Sequence record: ON568341.1
Origin: Escherichia phage UE-S1
DNA length: 64,000 nt
Strand: one strand, 5' to 3'
A program made the position numbers and the translations under genes. Shown here piece by piece: positions 1-9,176 of the stretch (positions within the stretch are counted from its first letter, which is position 1; each line of letters opens with the position of its first letter). Below the pieces are notes generated by a model. The model did no database searches. It worked only from the letters and a program-made list of their open reading frames with translations, and was not told where the DNA came from.

Positions 1-1920
1 ACCACTAGTGATATTCTGTTGAATAATATCCTGAAAATGTAGAGTATAGTCTCCTTGATTAATATATATAATATTGGAGTTATATGGGTTATTTTGTAAG
101 TTAATCGGAACTTCATATGCACCTAATTCTTTATCAGGTGTTACGGTTCTACTATAAGTTCTAATTTGAATAACAGAATCATCATCTAAATCTACCGAAC
201 TATCAAGTGTGATGCTTTGTACTTGGCCTTTTGATACATTCTTTGTATATTTTGATACATTAACACCATCGACATTAACTTCAATAATATCAGAATCATT
301 ATCTAAAACTTTTTGAGCTAATTCAAACGTATGATCATATTTTAAAATCTGAATACCATCACCACTAATCTGATGCCAGTCCAAATAAGTTTCACGTTCT
401 GCTTTATAGTACTGATATGTTCTATCAACTTCAATAACATATGCATACATACCATCAACAGGTTCTTTGAACACTTCCATGTCATATACAGTACTGAATA
501 CTCGATACATGTCAGTGCGTTGGACCTGTGGAGTTTGTTTTACATATTGTTTAGAGTATTCGTTTGAACGAACCCAATCAGTTTTTAGATTCATTTTATT
601 ATTTTCATCAATAATGTTATAATAATACAATCCACCAATTTCAACTTCAACACCAAGATGATCATATGTATAACGTTGTGATTGCAAAAAGTTTTCATAG
701 GTGTAATAGTTATAATCACCAAGTTCAATGTTATACCCATATACACTATCAGTAGCGTAATTATAATTTATTTTAAAACCAAATAATTGTGAACCTTTAA
801 AGTTACTGGATGGGTATGTTGTACTATTATCTAGTTTAATCCCATTGCGATCATAAAGTTGGAATTTTGGGAAGACGTTAACACTAGGTTTAGACTGTGC
901 ACGAACCCACAAATTACCATTCCAAAACATAGAACTATTACCATATTCATTACCTTTGGTAATTAAAACAACATCTCCATCCTGTGGTTCACCACTTGGA
1001 CGAGATTCTGATTCTTCATCGGGGTCTAGTGCTAAGCCATAAACACGTGTACCATCTTGCATTTTTTTAACATATACTTTATAAATCCTATTGTTTTCAC
1101 CATCGTTACCAATACTAGTGAATAGAATACGCATACCATCTTGTGGAATAATACCATCAATACGAATACCACTATTGACATCTTTTTGGATAATATCTTC
1201 AGGTTTAATATTATCAGAAAAAAGTTCAACTGTACCACGGAATTTCGTACCGTAGTTAATTAGCTCAATGTTTTTATTATATTCAATAATTGGTGCACGA
1301 GCACGAATAAAACGAGCATCTTGCATTAATTCTTCGGTCAAGATTGAACCATCTTCCAGTGTCTCACCTAAAGTATACCAAAAGTTTTGTAATGACCAAG
1401 TATTACCATTAAGTGCACCACGTTCCATGACAATGTAGTCAGGAGTAGTAATATTATAAGAGTTTTTTGTATCCCAAAGATATGAGCTAAAATTATTCAT
1501 TTTATTTGGGTTAATTGCAGGTGTCCATGCGTAAAACTTACCGTTAAATAAGCGACTTTCATTATCGGTTAGTGCTCCATAATGACTCATGTACCCAACC
1601 AGATCATCATAAAATTGAATTGAACGAATAGTCGAATCATCATTTTTAGAGACGTAAGCAGTGGACAACTGATATAGTTGTCGAGCAACAGTACTTTCGT
1701 GTAAAAAGATATTACCAGCAGCGGCTGGAGAACCCATATCACCAATATAACCGTCAACTAATTCGTTTTCAGCCGGATTAAACCATTGTTGAATAACATC
1801 ATCACTGACTTTCTGAATATCTTCTAAGCCTTGCATCCACTCAGGCAATCTTTTAATAAAAAGCTTTTTCTGTACTGCTTCAGCCATCTGTGTAGGTTGA
1901 AACTTAAAATTATTAGTCAT
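1..1920 (-). CDS. Large virion structural protein, partial (N-terminal 640 codons; C-terminus beyond window start); baseplate wedge (gp7-like) or fibre candidate
   Basis: Open minus-strand frame from ATG at 1920 (revcomp ...GGAGTCCAGAAAATGACTAAT...) to position 1 with no stop seen on manual translation; absent from ORF track because no stop lies in window. Sits downstream of gp25-like and gp6-like genes. Function by position only. Confidence 0.5.
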   Translation of the reverse strand, partial: MTNNFKFQPTQMAEAVQKKLFIKRLPEWMQGLEDIQKVSDDVIQQWFNPAENELVDGYIGDMGSPAAAGNIFLHESTVARQLYQLSTAYVSKNDDSTIRSIQFYDDLVGYMSHYGALTDNESRLFNGKFYAWTPAINPNKMNNFSSYLWDTKNSYNITTPDYIVMERGALNGNTWSLQNFWYTLGETLEDGSILTEELMQDARFIRARAPIIEYNKNIELINYGTKFRGTVELFSDNIKPEDIIQKDVNSGIRIDGIIPQDGMRILFTSIGNDGENNRIYKVYVKKMQDGTRVYGLALDPDEESESRPSGEPQDGDVVLITKGNEYGNSSMFWNGNLWVRAQSKPSVNVFPKFQLYDRNGIKLDNSTTYPSSNFKGSQLFGFKINYNYATDSVYGYNIELGDYNYYTYENFLQSQRYTYDHLGVEVEIGGLYYYNIIDENNKMNLKTDWVRSNEYSKQYVKQTPQVQRTDMYRVFSTVYDMEVFKEPVDGMYAYVIEVDRTYQYYKAERETYLDWHQISGDGIQILKYDHTFELAQKVLDNDSDIIEVNVDGVNVSKYTKNVSKGQVQSITLDSSVDLDDDSVIQIRTYSRTVTPDKELGAYEVPINLQNNPYNSNIIYINQGDYTLHFQDIIQQNITSG

Positions 1921-1969
1921 TTTCTGGACTCCATATAATTCGTTCATTCATTTATTTTATTTATTAGAT

Positions 1970-1993
1970 AAAAAAGGCGTTCCGAAGAACGCC
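1970..1993 (-). terminator. Rho-independent terminator after the 1153-aa baseplate gene
   Basis: Hairpin ggcgttc-cgaa-gaacgcc (1976-1993); plus-strand A6 at 1970-1975 gives a U-run on the minus transcript. Confidence 0.55.
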
Positions 1994-2002
1994 AGTGTAA
2001 TA

Positions 2003-5000
2003 TTAAGAACCAATATTTATATTGCTTTTAGCTAATGAGTTAACTATTTGAACATTTTCTACTGATGCCGTACTCAAAAATATTTGGTCCGAACGTGATG
2101 GAATTTCAAATAGTGACCCAAATTTTGAATTTGGATTTTGTGCAACAATAACAATTGTACTAATATGTCTCCCCAATTGGGAATGTATATAAGTACACAA
2201 ATCAGTGTAATAGAAACTTTCACCAAAATCCCAATTATCAACATTAAAATATTCATTTGTTAATGCAATAACATTTTGACGAATTTCATCGTCACTCATA
2301 GTACTATTTGGTAATTTAACAACTTTAAAATCAGCTTTATAGTCTTCAGCAGCACTATTGCCAAACAATGGTAGGTACTCTGCACTATGCCAAATAATAC
2401 TGTCACTGATGACAATTTTTTGCTCAACATCTTTGAACATATTTTTCAATTCAACTGATGTAGGTGGTTTTGGGATACTTCCAACTGCATTATTTTTCAA
2501 CCACACATCAACTTCGGTTTTATACGAGTTAGTTAGAACATACATATCAATTAAGTTTGTTCTACTTGGATCAATGCGATTATCGTCAGGTGCATAATGT
2601 TTCCAATGGAAGTCAATACTTGTACGAGCATTTGTTTTGACTGTGTATTGTGCAGTAACATCTTTATAACCATAGTAATCCAACTTCTGATTCTCATCAG
2701 AATTAGTACCCATGTTGTTAATTGTACGATAAAATGCGAGTTCTGGTGTAACAGTTATGGTGTCATCTGAATATGTCAAATTACTAATTAATTGACCCAA
2801 ACGATCATTGTTGTTACCAACGGTTTGTTCGATGAAATAATATTTACCATCATATTTAAAACACACTAAGAATCCAGAACCTTTACTGTACAATCCACTC
2901 AATGAGTTAGAACGAATTGCATTATTTCGTACAAATTCAGTTCTTTTATATGTATTAGGTTCAGCTAATGCTTGTTCCATCGTATAAGACCAAGATGAAT
3001 CTAGAAACGTGAATGTATCATTTGGTAAAGATAGAACTGAAATAGTAAAATCATTATTTTCTTTGAATATCAAAATACCACCATATTTCAATGCATCAGT
3101 ACCTGACCATTCTGGAACAATTTCTTTAAATTGGTTTGGTTCCAATGGTATACCATTACTATCTACTTTTCTAGATGTGACAATAATACGAGAGCCATCA
3201 AGATATCCATTTTCTTGCTGTATTGTATCATAAATTTGAAAATCAATATTACTCGTCAGTCCAGAATTGTTAGTACTGGTGGTGTTCGAAGATAAAATTT
3301 CAATCTTATCGCTTTGAACAGTGCCAGTACTAATATCAGTTATTTTTTTGGATGAAACAAAGTAAAATTTCACTTTATCCCCACCAACGAATATATATTC
3401 AATACCATTAGCGTCAAATTCCCAAGTTTCTGCTGTATATTTTACATTTATAACAACCAAAACTTCATGACCATTATACATAATAGTATCATCATTCGTA
3501 CTTACTTCTACCGGAACCCATGCAGTTGTTTCTTTGTCATGCACAATGACAAAATCAGTTTTCTTATCCAACATTGCAGAAATAGATTGAACTTCAACGG
3601 AATCAAACCTAGTTCTATATGGTAATATATAATCAATTGCTTGCATTCTACTTGGTACGGATGTACTTAATACATAAAACCCATTATCTAATACACTAAC
3701 AATACTTGCCCATACTGTAGTGGTAGAGTTAGAAAATTTAATCAAAGTACCCACCTGATACGAGCCATATACAGTCCCAGATGAACCCAAAATTCTACCA
3801 TATGTATTTGTAGTATAATTTGAATTATATACAGGCGTCCATGATTGTTGGATTTCAATGCCAATCGTATTGGAAGGGTAAGCTTGATAGCGTTGTATTA
3901 CCGCATTTTCACCAATCAATGGTTGAATATTATCAATAACAATGCTGGCATTAGTTTTTGTTGTTGGTAGTAATAGTGACCTATTAAATTTAGTATTTTC
4001 TTGATATAATGCCCCGTCATCACTAAACACATCAGTGTTTTGGTATTTTCCAGTAGGATCATTGATGTCAATAAATCTAGACTGACCACTATAAATTCTA
4101 TTAATAGCTTTCGACTTAAGCACTGTATTCCCTAAACTAAGGGGTGCTATATTATAATCTTCACCATTAACAAAGCGGTTTTGTGTATAGTACATTTGTG
4201 GTGCACGTGCTTTAATCTGCTCAATTGTCTCAGCACTTTGTGCACGATCTGATTCATATTGTAATGAAAAACGTACATCCAACGTACTAGATTCATAACT
4301 TGATTGTGTTTTAGTTCGATATGTATACTTTACACTTTTATTTTGAATTTCTGATGTTTTAATGTTATACGTTTTACCATTACTGACGCGATACCACACG
4401 CGAAAAGTTCCACGCGGCACAACACCACTTCTAGAATCTGGATATTTAATTGTTATTTGGTCTTTGTCACGTGTTGAAACAGCAAAAATTGTTTTTAATT
4501 GACGGTTAACCGTATTATATGCAATACTTTCCATAGATGGTACTTTTGTCCATTTCGCACGCACAATACCATCTTCATTAATTTCTTGAACCCAAACATC
4601 AGTTTCGTTTATATTATCAACGTTTACATCTTGTATTCTATTTTCTTCACGAATATTATATTGATAATCTTGATATGTCAACGTCCCTTGTATAAAATAT
4701 ACAAAAAAACCAGTATTTGGTGAACTGAATCCATTACCATCATTTTGATAGACAATATATTTTTGTTCTTGCGGTTCTGGGTGACGTTCCTCAACACCAA
4801 CGGATGTAATGTCAGGGTTTACCACTTCAAATGTCATAGATTCACCATTTACTGTTGCAACAAATGGTATACTTGGTGCAGTCATTGGAATTGTATTCAT
4901 CCTATACAATTGTCGAGATACACCATTAACATCAATACGTTTAACTGGGTTACCAAATTGATTAGTACTAACAAATGAGCTATTCATAACAAGAATGAAG

Positions 5001-5464
5001 TTTTCATACCAATTTGCATCCATCGGGTCATTCCAACGAATAATTTTATCTTTTAGCGATTCATTGAAACTATTACGAACATCTTGGTTAGTTTTAATTT
5101 CAGTTAATTTAGCAACTGCACGACCAGGATAAGAACGGCGTGGTGCATAAGAAATCATTTTAGCTAGTTTTAGAACTGATGCACGACGTGTTGCAGTATC
5201 TAAAAAGTTTTCACGTGTGTTTAAATCCATACGAAATGCCAAGTTCTGTCCTAGCATAGAAATTGTATCCAGAATAAAAATGAATTGGTCATTTTCAATC
5301 CAGTCATTGAATGAATCAGGATACGTTTGACGCAAATAATCAATCATACTCTGGCGAATAGTATCAAAATCATATGCAGTAAGATTGATTTTATAAAAAC
5401 TTTCATAAACTTGAGTCCAATCTTCACCACTATATAAATTTGATTGCCTTTTTTGTTGTGACAT
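2003..5464 (-). CDS. Baseplate wedge protein, gp6-like (1153 aa)
   Basis: Long ORF directly downstream of gp25-like gene, as in the conserved gp25/W - gp6/J - gp7/I myovirus baseplate order; RBS AAAGGAA before ATG; ATAAATA late-promoter-like box on minus strand at about 5511-5517. Assignment by size and synteny, not by motif. Confidence 0.45.
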   Translation of the reverse strand: MSQQKRQSNLYSGEDWTQVYESFYKINLTAYDFDTIRQSMIDYLRQTYPDSFNDWIENDQFIFILDTISMLGQNLAFRMDLNTRENFLDTATRRASVLKLAKMISYAPRRSYPGRAVAKLTEIKTNQDVRNSFNESLKDKIIRWNDPMDANWYENFILVMNSSFVSTNQFGNPVKRIDVNGVSRQLYRMNTIPMTAPSIPFVATVNGESMTFEVVNPDITSVGVEERHPEPQEQKYIVYQNDGNGFSSPNTGFFVYFIQGTLTYQDYQYNIREENRIQDVNVDNINETDVWVQEINEDGIVRAKWTKVPSMESIAYNTVNRQLKTIFAVSTRDKDQITIKYPDSRSGVVPRGTFRVWYRVSNGKTYNIKTSEIQNKSVKYTYRTKTQSSYESSTLDVRFSLQYESDRAQSAETIEQIKARAPQMYYTQNRFVNGEDYNIAPLSLGNTVLKSKAINRIYSGQSRFIDINDPTGKYQNTDVFSDDGALYQENTKFNRSLLLPTTKTNASIVIDNIQPLIGENAVIQRYQAYPSNTIGIEIQQSWTPVYNSNYTTNTYGRILGSSGTVYGSYQVGTLIKFSNSTTTVWASIVSVLDNGFYVLSTSVPSRMQAIDYILPYRTRFDSVEVQSISAMLDKKTDFVIVHDKETTAWVPVEVSTNDDTIMYNGHEVLVVINVKYTAETWEFDANGIEYIFVGGDKVKFYFVSSKKITDISTGTVQSDKIEILSSNTTSTNNSGLTSNIDFQIYDTIQQENGYLDGSRIIVTSRKVDSNGIPLEPNQFKEIVPEWSGTDALKYGGILIFKENNDFTISVLSLPNDTFTFLDSSWSYTMEQALAEPNTYKRTEFVRNNAIRSNSLSGLYSKGSGFLVCFKYDGKYYFIEQTVGNNNDRLGQLISNLTYSDDTITVTPELAFYRTINNMGTNSDENQKLDYYGYKDVTAQYTVKTNARTSIDFHWKHYAPDDNRIDPSRTNLIDMYVLTNSYKTEVDVWLKNNAVGSIPKPPTSVELKNMFKDVEQKIVISDSIIWHSAEYLPLFGNSAAEDYKADFKVVKLPNSTMSDDEIRQNVIALTNEYFNVDNWDFGESFYYTDLCTYIHSQLGRHISTIVIVAQNPNSKFGSLFEIPSRSDQIFLSTASVENVQIVNSLAKSNINIGS

Positions 5465-5520
5465 AATTTATTCCTTTAAATCAGTAAAGTACTAGTTCAG
5501 TACTGGGAATTATATAGAAA

Positions 5521-5549
5521 TATTTATTCAAAAAGAAAAGCACTCAGAA
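5521..5549 (-). terminator. Hairpin terminator/attenuator between gp25-like and gp6-like genes
   Basis: Inverted repeat aaagcactc-agaa-gagtgcttt with flanking T/A run. Confidence 0.4.
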
Positions 5550-5565
5550 GAGTGCTTTTTCTTAG

Positions 5566-5961
5566 TTATAAAGACGATACAGAATATGTTGCCATTCTAT
5601 TATTACTTCTTGCATCAAAGACTATAGAAAGTTCTTCTACCGTATTCAATACAACGTATTGTAATACGATATTCATTTGGTATCCATATTCAATTCTTGA
5701 AATTTGTATGTTTTTAAGATTTAAGCGTGGATCTAAGCTAATAATCCTACGTGCATCTGCTTCTAAAAGGTTAATAGTATTATATCCTTCCAATTCAAAC
5801 AACAAATCCCATGCAATAAACCCATAGTCTGCATCGAATGCTCTTTCGCCTTTTTTTGTATTAAAATGATTCATCAAATCCTGACGAACCAATTCATTAT
5901 CATACAACGTTTCAGTTCTACCCACAACTGGTGTAGAGAAACCTTTGAAAACAACTGCCAT
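5566..5961 (-). CDS. Baseplate wedge subunit, gp25/GPW-like (131 aa)
   Basis: Size and residue pattern (…KKGERAFDADYGFIAWDLLFE…) resemble T4 gp25 / P2 gpW family; position between spike/lysozyme and wedge genes. Confidence 0.75.
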   Translation of the reverse strand: MAVVFKGFSTPVVGRTETLYDNELVRQDLMNHFNTKKGERAFDADYGFIAWDLLFELEGYNTINLLEADARRIISLDPRLNLKNIQISRIEYGYQMNIVLQYVVLNTVEELSIVFDARSNNRMATYSVSSL

Positions 5962-5974
5962 TGTCTATTTCCTT

Positions 5975-6463
5975 TTATACGGATTCGACGATACGTGCCA
6001 TCTTTTCCGCTCTAGAAGTGGTTTGTTTATACCATGTACTATCACGCAATTCTTTACCAGCAGTTTTATAATCAGCTTTACCTAATGCGGACATTGCTTT
6101 TTTGAATTTCAAAACTTTGGTTTTACCCATTTGGAATACCATCATCCACAATACACGTTGTACCTGTACTGGTGCTGTCATACCAAACTGTTCATAAATG
6201 GATTTTGCGTCATTGTACGCAGTTTGAGCATCTTTAATAAGAAGTTGGTCTGCTTGTTCTTCAGTTAAACCATTTTTGAAGTTCTCGTTGGGAAGAACTA
6301 AATGACCATAACCAATAGTATCAAGTCCGAGGCTATCTTTATATACCCAAAACTTATCATTTTTAAAATATCCAAGTTTTTTTTGATAAGAAATTGTACC
6401 TTCAAACTCTTTAATTTCTTTAAAAAACTGCTCATCTGTATTTTTAATTTCCCATTTACTCAT
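5975..6463 (-). CDS. T4-type lysozyme (GH24), stand-alone; probable endolysin (162 aa)
   Basis: Motifs EFEGT…DTIGYGH…MVFQMG…WYKQT…RA match the T4 lysozyme family; own late-type promoter on minus strand (TATAAATA at 6480-6487) and RBS GAGGA. Confidence 0.85.
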   Translation of the reverse strand: MSKWEIKNTDEQFFKEIKEFEGTISYQKKLGYFKNDKFWVYKDSLGLDTIGYGHLVLPNENFKNGLTEEQADQLLIKDAQTAYNDAKSIYEQFGMTAPVQVQRVLWMMVFQMGKTKVLKFKKAMSALGKADYKTAGKELRDSTWYKQTTSRAEKMARIVESV

Positions 6464-6499
6464 AAAGACATCCTCATTTTATTTATAGTACTGAAATAT

Positions 6500-9163
6500 T
6501 TATTGACATGCCTCCAAACGTCGAGCCATTAACTCAGCACGGCGTGTCGTTTGGCGATACCAAGCCGAATTACGGATTTGTGCTGCTGCTTGTTTATAAT
6601 TTCCTTTCGCTAATTCAGATAACATTGTTTTAAATTTAAGAACTCCACCTTTGCCCATTTGAAATACCATTTGACATAGAACTTGCTGTGCCATATAAGG
6701 AGTTTTCATGTTATATGATGCATAAATTGATTTAGCATCATAAATTGCTTTACTACTATCACGAACAAGCATATCATTTGCTTGTTGTTCAGTTATACCA
6801 GAAGAAAAGTTTTCGCCATTCACGATTAAATGACCGTAACCAATAGTTGGGTAGCCACGACTATCCAAATAACGCCAGAATTTACCATTTCGATAATACC
6901 CTTTTGCTTGTTGATATTGCATAGTACCCTCATATTCCTTTAATTCGGAAATAAATTGAGAATCACCTGGGACAATTTTCCAATCTATTGCAGTTTTATC
7001 TACATTACCGACATTATATGTTGGTTGTACAACTGGTGTAGATGATACACCACTTCTCTGTGTTCTTCTTTTACGAGGTACATGTCGTGAGCCACGCTGT
7101 GAATAACCAGTACCAATTGTTTTAATTTTGGTAGTAACGACCAATTCATCACTATCAACGGATGGTTGTACTACTGCTTGCGGTGAAGATTGATTTGTTG
7201 CTTGACCTGCAATCAATGTTTTATTAGCTGCATCTGCACCAATACCAGTTTGTGATGCATAAAATAATCCTGGGTCAACTGAACCACTAAAGCCGAGGAC
7301 GTTAGCTGACGTTACACGTATTTCAAATTGCATAACACCATTTGCTTTACCAATGACCTGTCCCTTTTGAACTACATCCTTGTTTAGTAAATTCGTTTGA
7401 ATATTATAAAATATAGATTTATAACCAGATTTATGTTGAATCAAAATCCCACCATTAGTAATTACAACAACACCACCATCTGGTGCAACAACATCTCCTT
7501 TACATTGTATTTCCCATCCAGAACGGTCAGTCTTTCCTCCATTTTGTGTTGGAATGCCTTTTCCCCAATAGCCGTATTGACGAATGGTCCCACTACACGG
7601 CATATACATATGCAAACCTTCATATGTAATGCTATACCCAGTCATTCCAGTATCAGATACCATTAAATCTTGTGTTTGAACTTGTTCGGTTTCGGGTGTA
7701 TAGTTCACAAACTGAATAGCTTCAGTTTCTTGAGCTTCAGGAATTTCTGGTGTAACATCATTTGCAGGCTGTGGCTGAACAGGGGATTCACTTGAAATCT
7801 TCCCCCCACCTTGTCTTGGTGGTTCAACATAACTACCATGGTTTTTCGCATCAACCCATGAAACAATGTCATGAATGTGTTCATTAAGACCAGCAGATGG
7901 TGTTCTGAAATTTGGTGCAGTAAATTCAGCAGTACCGCTATTACCACCACTATTAACTGTTAATGTTTGACCTCCACCACTAACAATTGCTGAAGATGAA
8001 CCAATTAAGTTTGCAGATGTAGAAGCAGAAATAGACGCATTTGAACCAGCAGTAATATCAGTACTGCTACCACTTTGCATACGTAAGGACGCAGCAGTGA
8101 CCAGTCGAAGATCAGCACCGGAATTAACCACAACTTGTCCACCAACTTTTGCATCAAGAGTTCCAATTAGATCTAATTTAGTATTGGCTCCTACGCGTGC
8201 ATTAAAATCTTGACCCGTTTCAATATTATATGAACGACCAGCAGTGATGTTAATATCTTGCCCTGCACGAATATTGATATTCTTATCACAGTGCATGTCA
8301 ATATCCCCTTCACCAGTAAATTTTATACGGGCGGTCCCATCACGATTAATTAAAAGTACATCCCCCGTTGCTTCTGATAATAAAAGTTGTGCACCACTAC
8401 GGGTTTTTATTACAACTCCTTCATTTTTACGAGAACCAACACGGGTGTCGTTTACTGGGTTATTGAATTGTGTATCTTGATATCCATCTGGGTCTTGATC
8501 CCATGTGGGTGCAGTTAATTCCTCTTCGGTATAGCCATCATCAATGATGAAACTATTTCCACGTGGGGATGACATCCCATATACAGTACTCGTTGTTTGG
8601 CGAGTACTACTTCGGTTAGCAAGGCCAGCTTCTTCATCATACAAAAGGTTTTGCTTTTTAAGACCAGCAATAATTGGAACATTTGCATATTTGTCTTGCA
8701 TATCAGTAGTGAGTGTGTTACGATCATAGTCAGTAACAGGAAGAGGCATATCTGTTCCGCTATAATTACTAACATCTGTTGCCATACCAGGGACCATAGT
8801 ATTCATGCGATGGTCATATACACAACCAATCCAATACGCTTGAAATGTACGAGCCTGTGCGAAAATCACAACAACAGTGCACCCAACATCAGGCGGCACA
8901 GCCCAGAATCCATAACCTTTAGGATACTGTCCATAAGCATCTGCACTTGGAATACCTGGTGTTTTACCAGCAAAAGGAGACATATAAGATGCCTCAATCC
9001 ATGATTCTTTTGAATTTTTATCGCTTTGTGAACCTTGTATCCAAACTTTTAACTTTCCAGATTTAGTTGGATCTCTATTATCCATAACTGTTGCTAATTG
9101 TGGATAAGCTGGGTCAAAACGACCCAACTGTTGTTGTGCATACTTTTTACTTGTATCTGCCAT
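6500..9163 (-). CDS. Baseplate central spike, gp5-like (887 aa): N-terminal gpV/OB-fold, Gly/Ser/Thr-rich beta-helix-like repeats, degenerate M23-like segment, C-terminal T4-type lysozyme domain
   Basis: N-terminus KVWIQG…GFWAVPPDVGCTVVVIF (gp5/gpV OB-fold pattern); central repeats (VGANTKLDLIGTLDAKVGGQVVVNSG…); C-terminal ~160 aa (EYEGT…TIGYGH…MVFQMGKGGVLKFK…WYRQTTRRA) about half identical by eye to the adjacent stand-alone lysozyme. Confidence 0.75.
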   Translation of the reverse strand: MADTSKKYAQQQLGRFDPAYPQLATVMDNRDPTKSGKLKVWIQGSQSDKNSKESWIEASYMSPFAGKTPGIPSADAYGQYPKGYGFWAVPPDVGCTVVVIFAQARTFQAYWIGCVYDHRMNTMVPGMATDVSNYSGTDMPLPVTDYDRNTLTTDMQDKYANVPIIAGLKKQNLLYDEEAGLANRSSTRQTTSTVYGMSSPRGNSFIIDDGYTEEELTAPTWDQDPDGYQDTQFNNPVNDTRVGSRKNEGVVIKTRSGAQLLLSEATGDVLLINRDGTARIKFTGEGDIDMHCDKNINIRAGQDINITAGRSYNIETGQDFNARVGANTKLDLIGTLDAKVGGQVVVNSGADLRLVTAASLRMQSGSSTDITAGSNASISASTSANLIGSSSAIVSGGGQTLTVNSGGNSGTAEFTAPNFRTPSAGLNEHIHDIVSWVDAKNHGSYVEPPRQGGGKISSESPVQPQPANDVTPEIPEAQETEAIQFVNYTPETEQVQTQDLMVSDTGMTGYSITYEGLHMYMPCSGTIRQYGYWGKGIPTQNGGKTDRSGWEIQCKGDVVAPDGGVVVITNGGILIQHKSGYKSIFYNIQTNLLNKDVVQKGQVIGKANGVMQFEIRVTSANVLGFSGSVDPGLFYASQTGIGADAANKTLIAGQATNQSSPQAVVQPSVDSDELVVTTKIKTIGTGYSQRGSRHVPRKRRTQRSGVSSTPVVQPTYNVGNVDKTAIDWKIVPGDSQFISELKEYEGTMQYQQAKGYYRNGKFWRYLDSRGYPTIGYGHLIVNGENFSSGITEQQANDMLVRDSSKAIYDAKSIYASYNMKTPYMAQQVLCQMVFQMGKGGVLKFKTMLSELAKGNYKQAAAQIRNSAWYRQTTRRAELMARRLEACQ

Positions 9164-9176
9164 ATTTTTTTATTCC

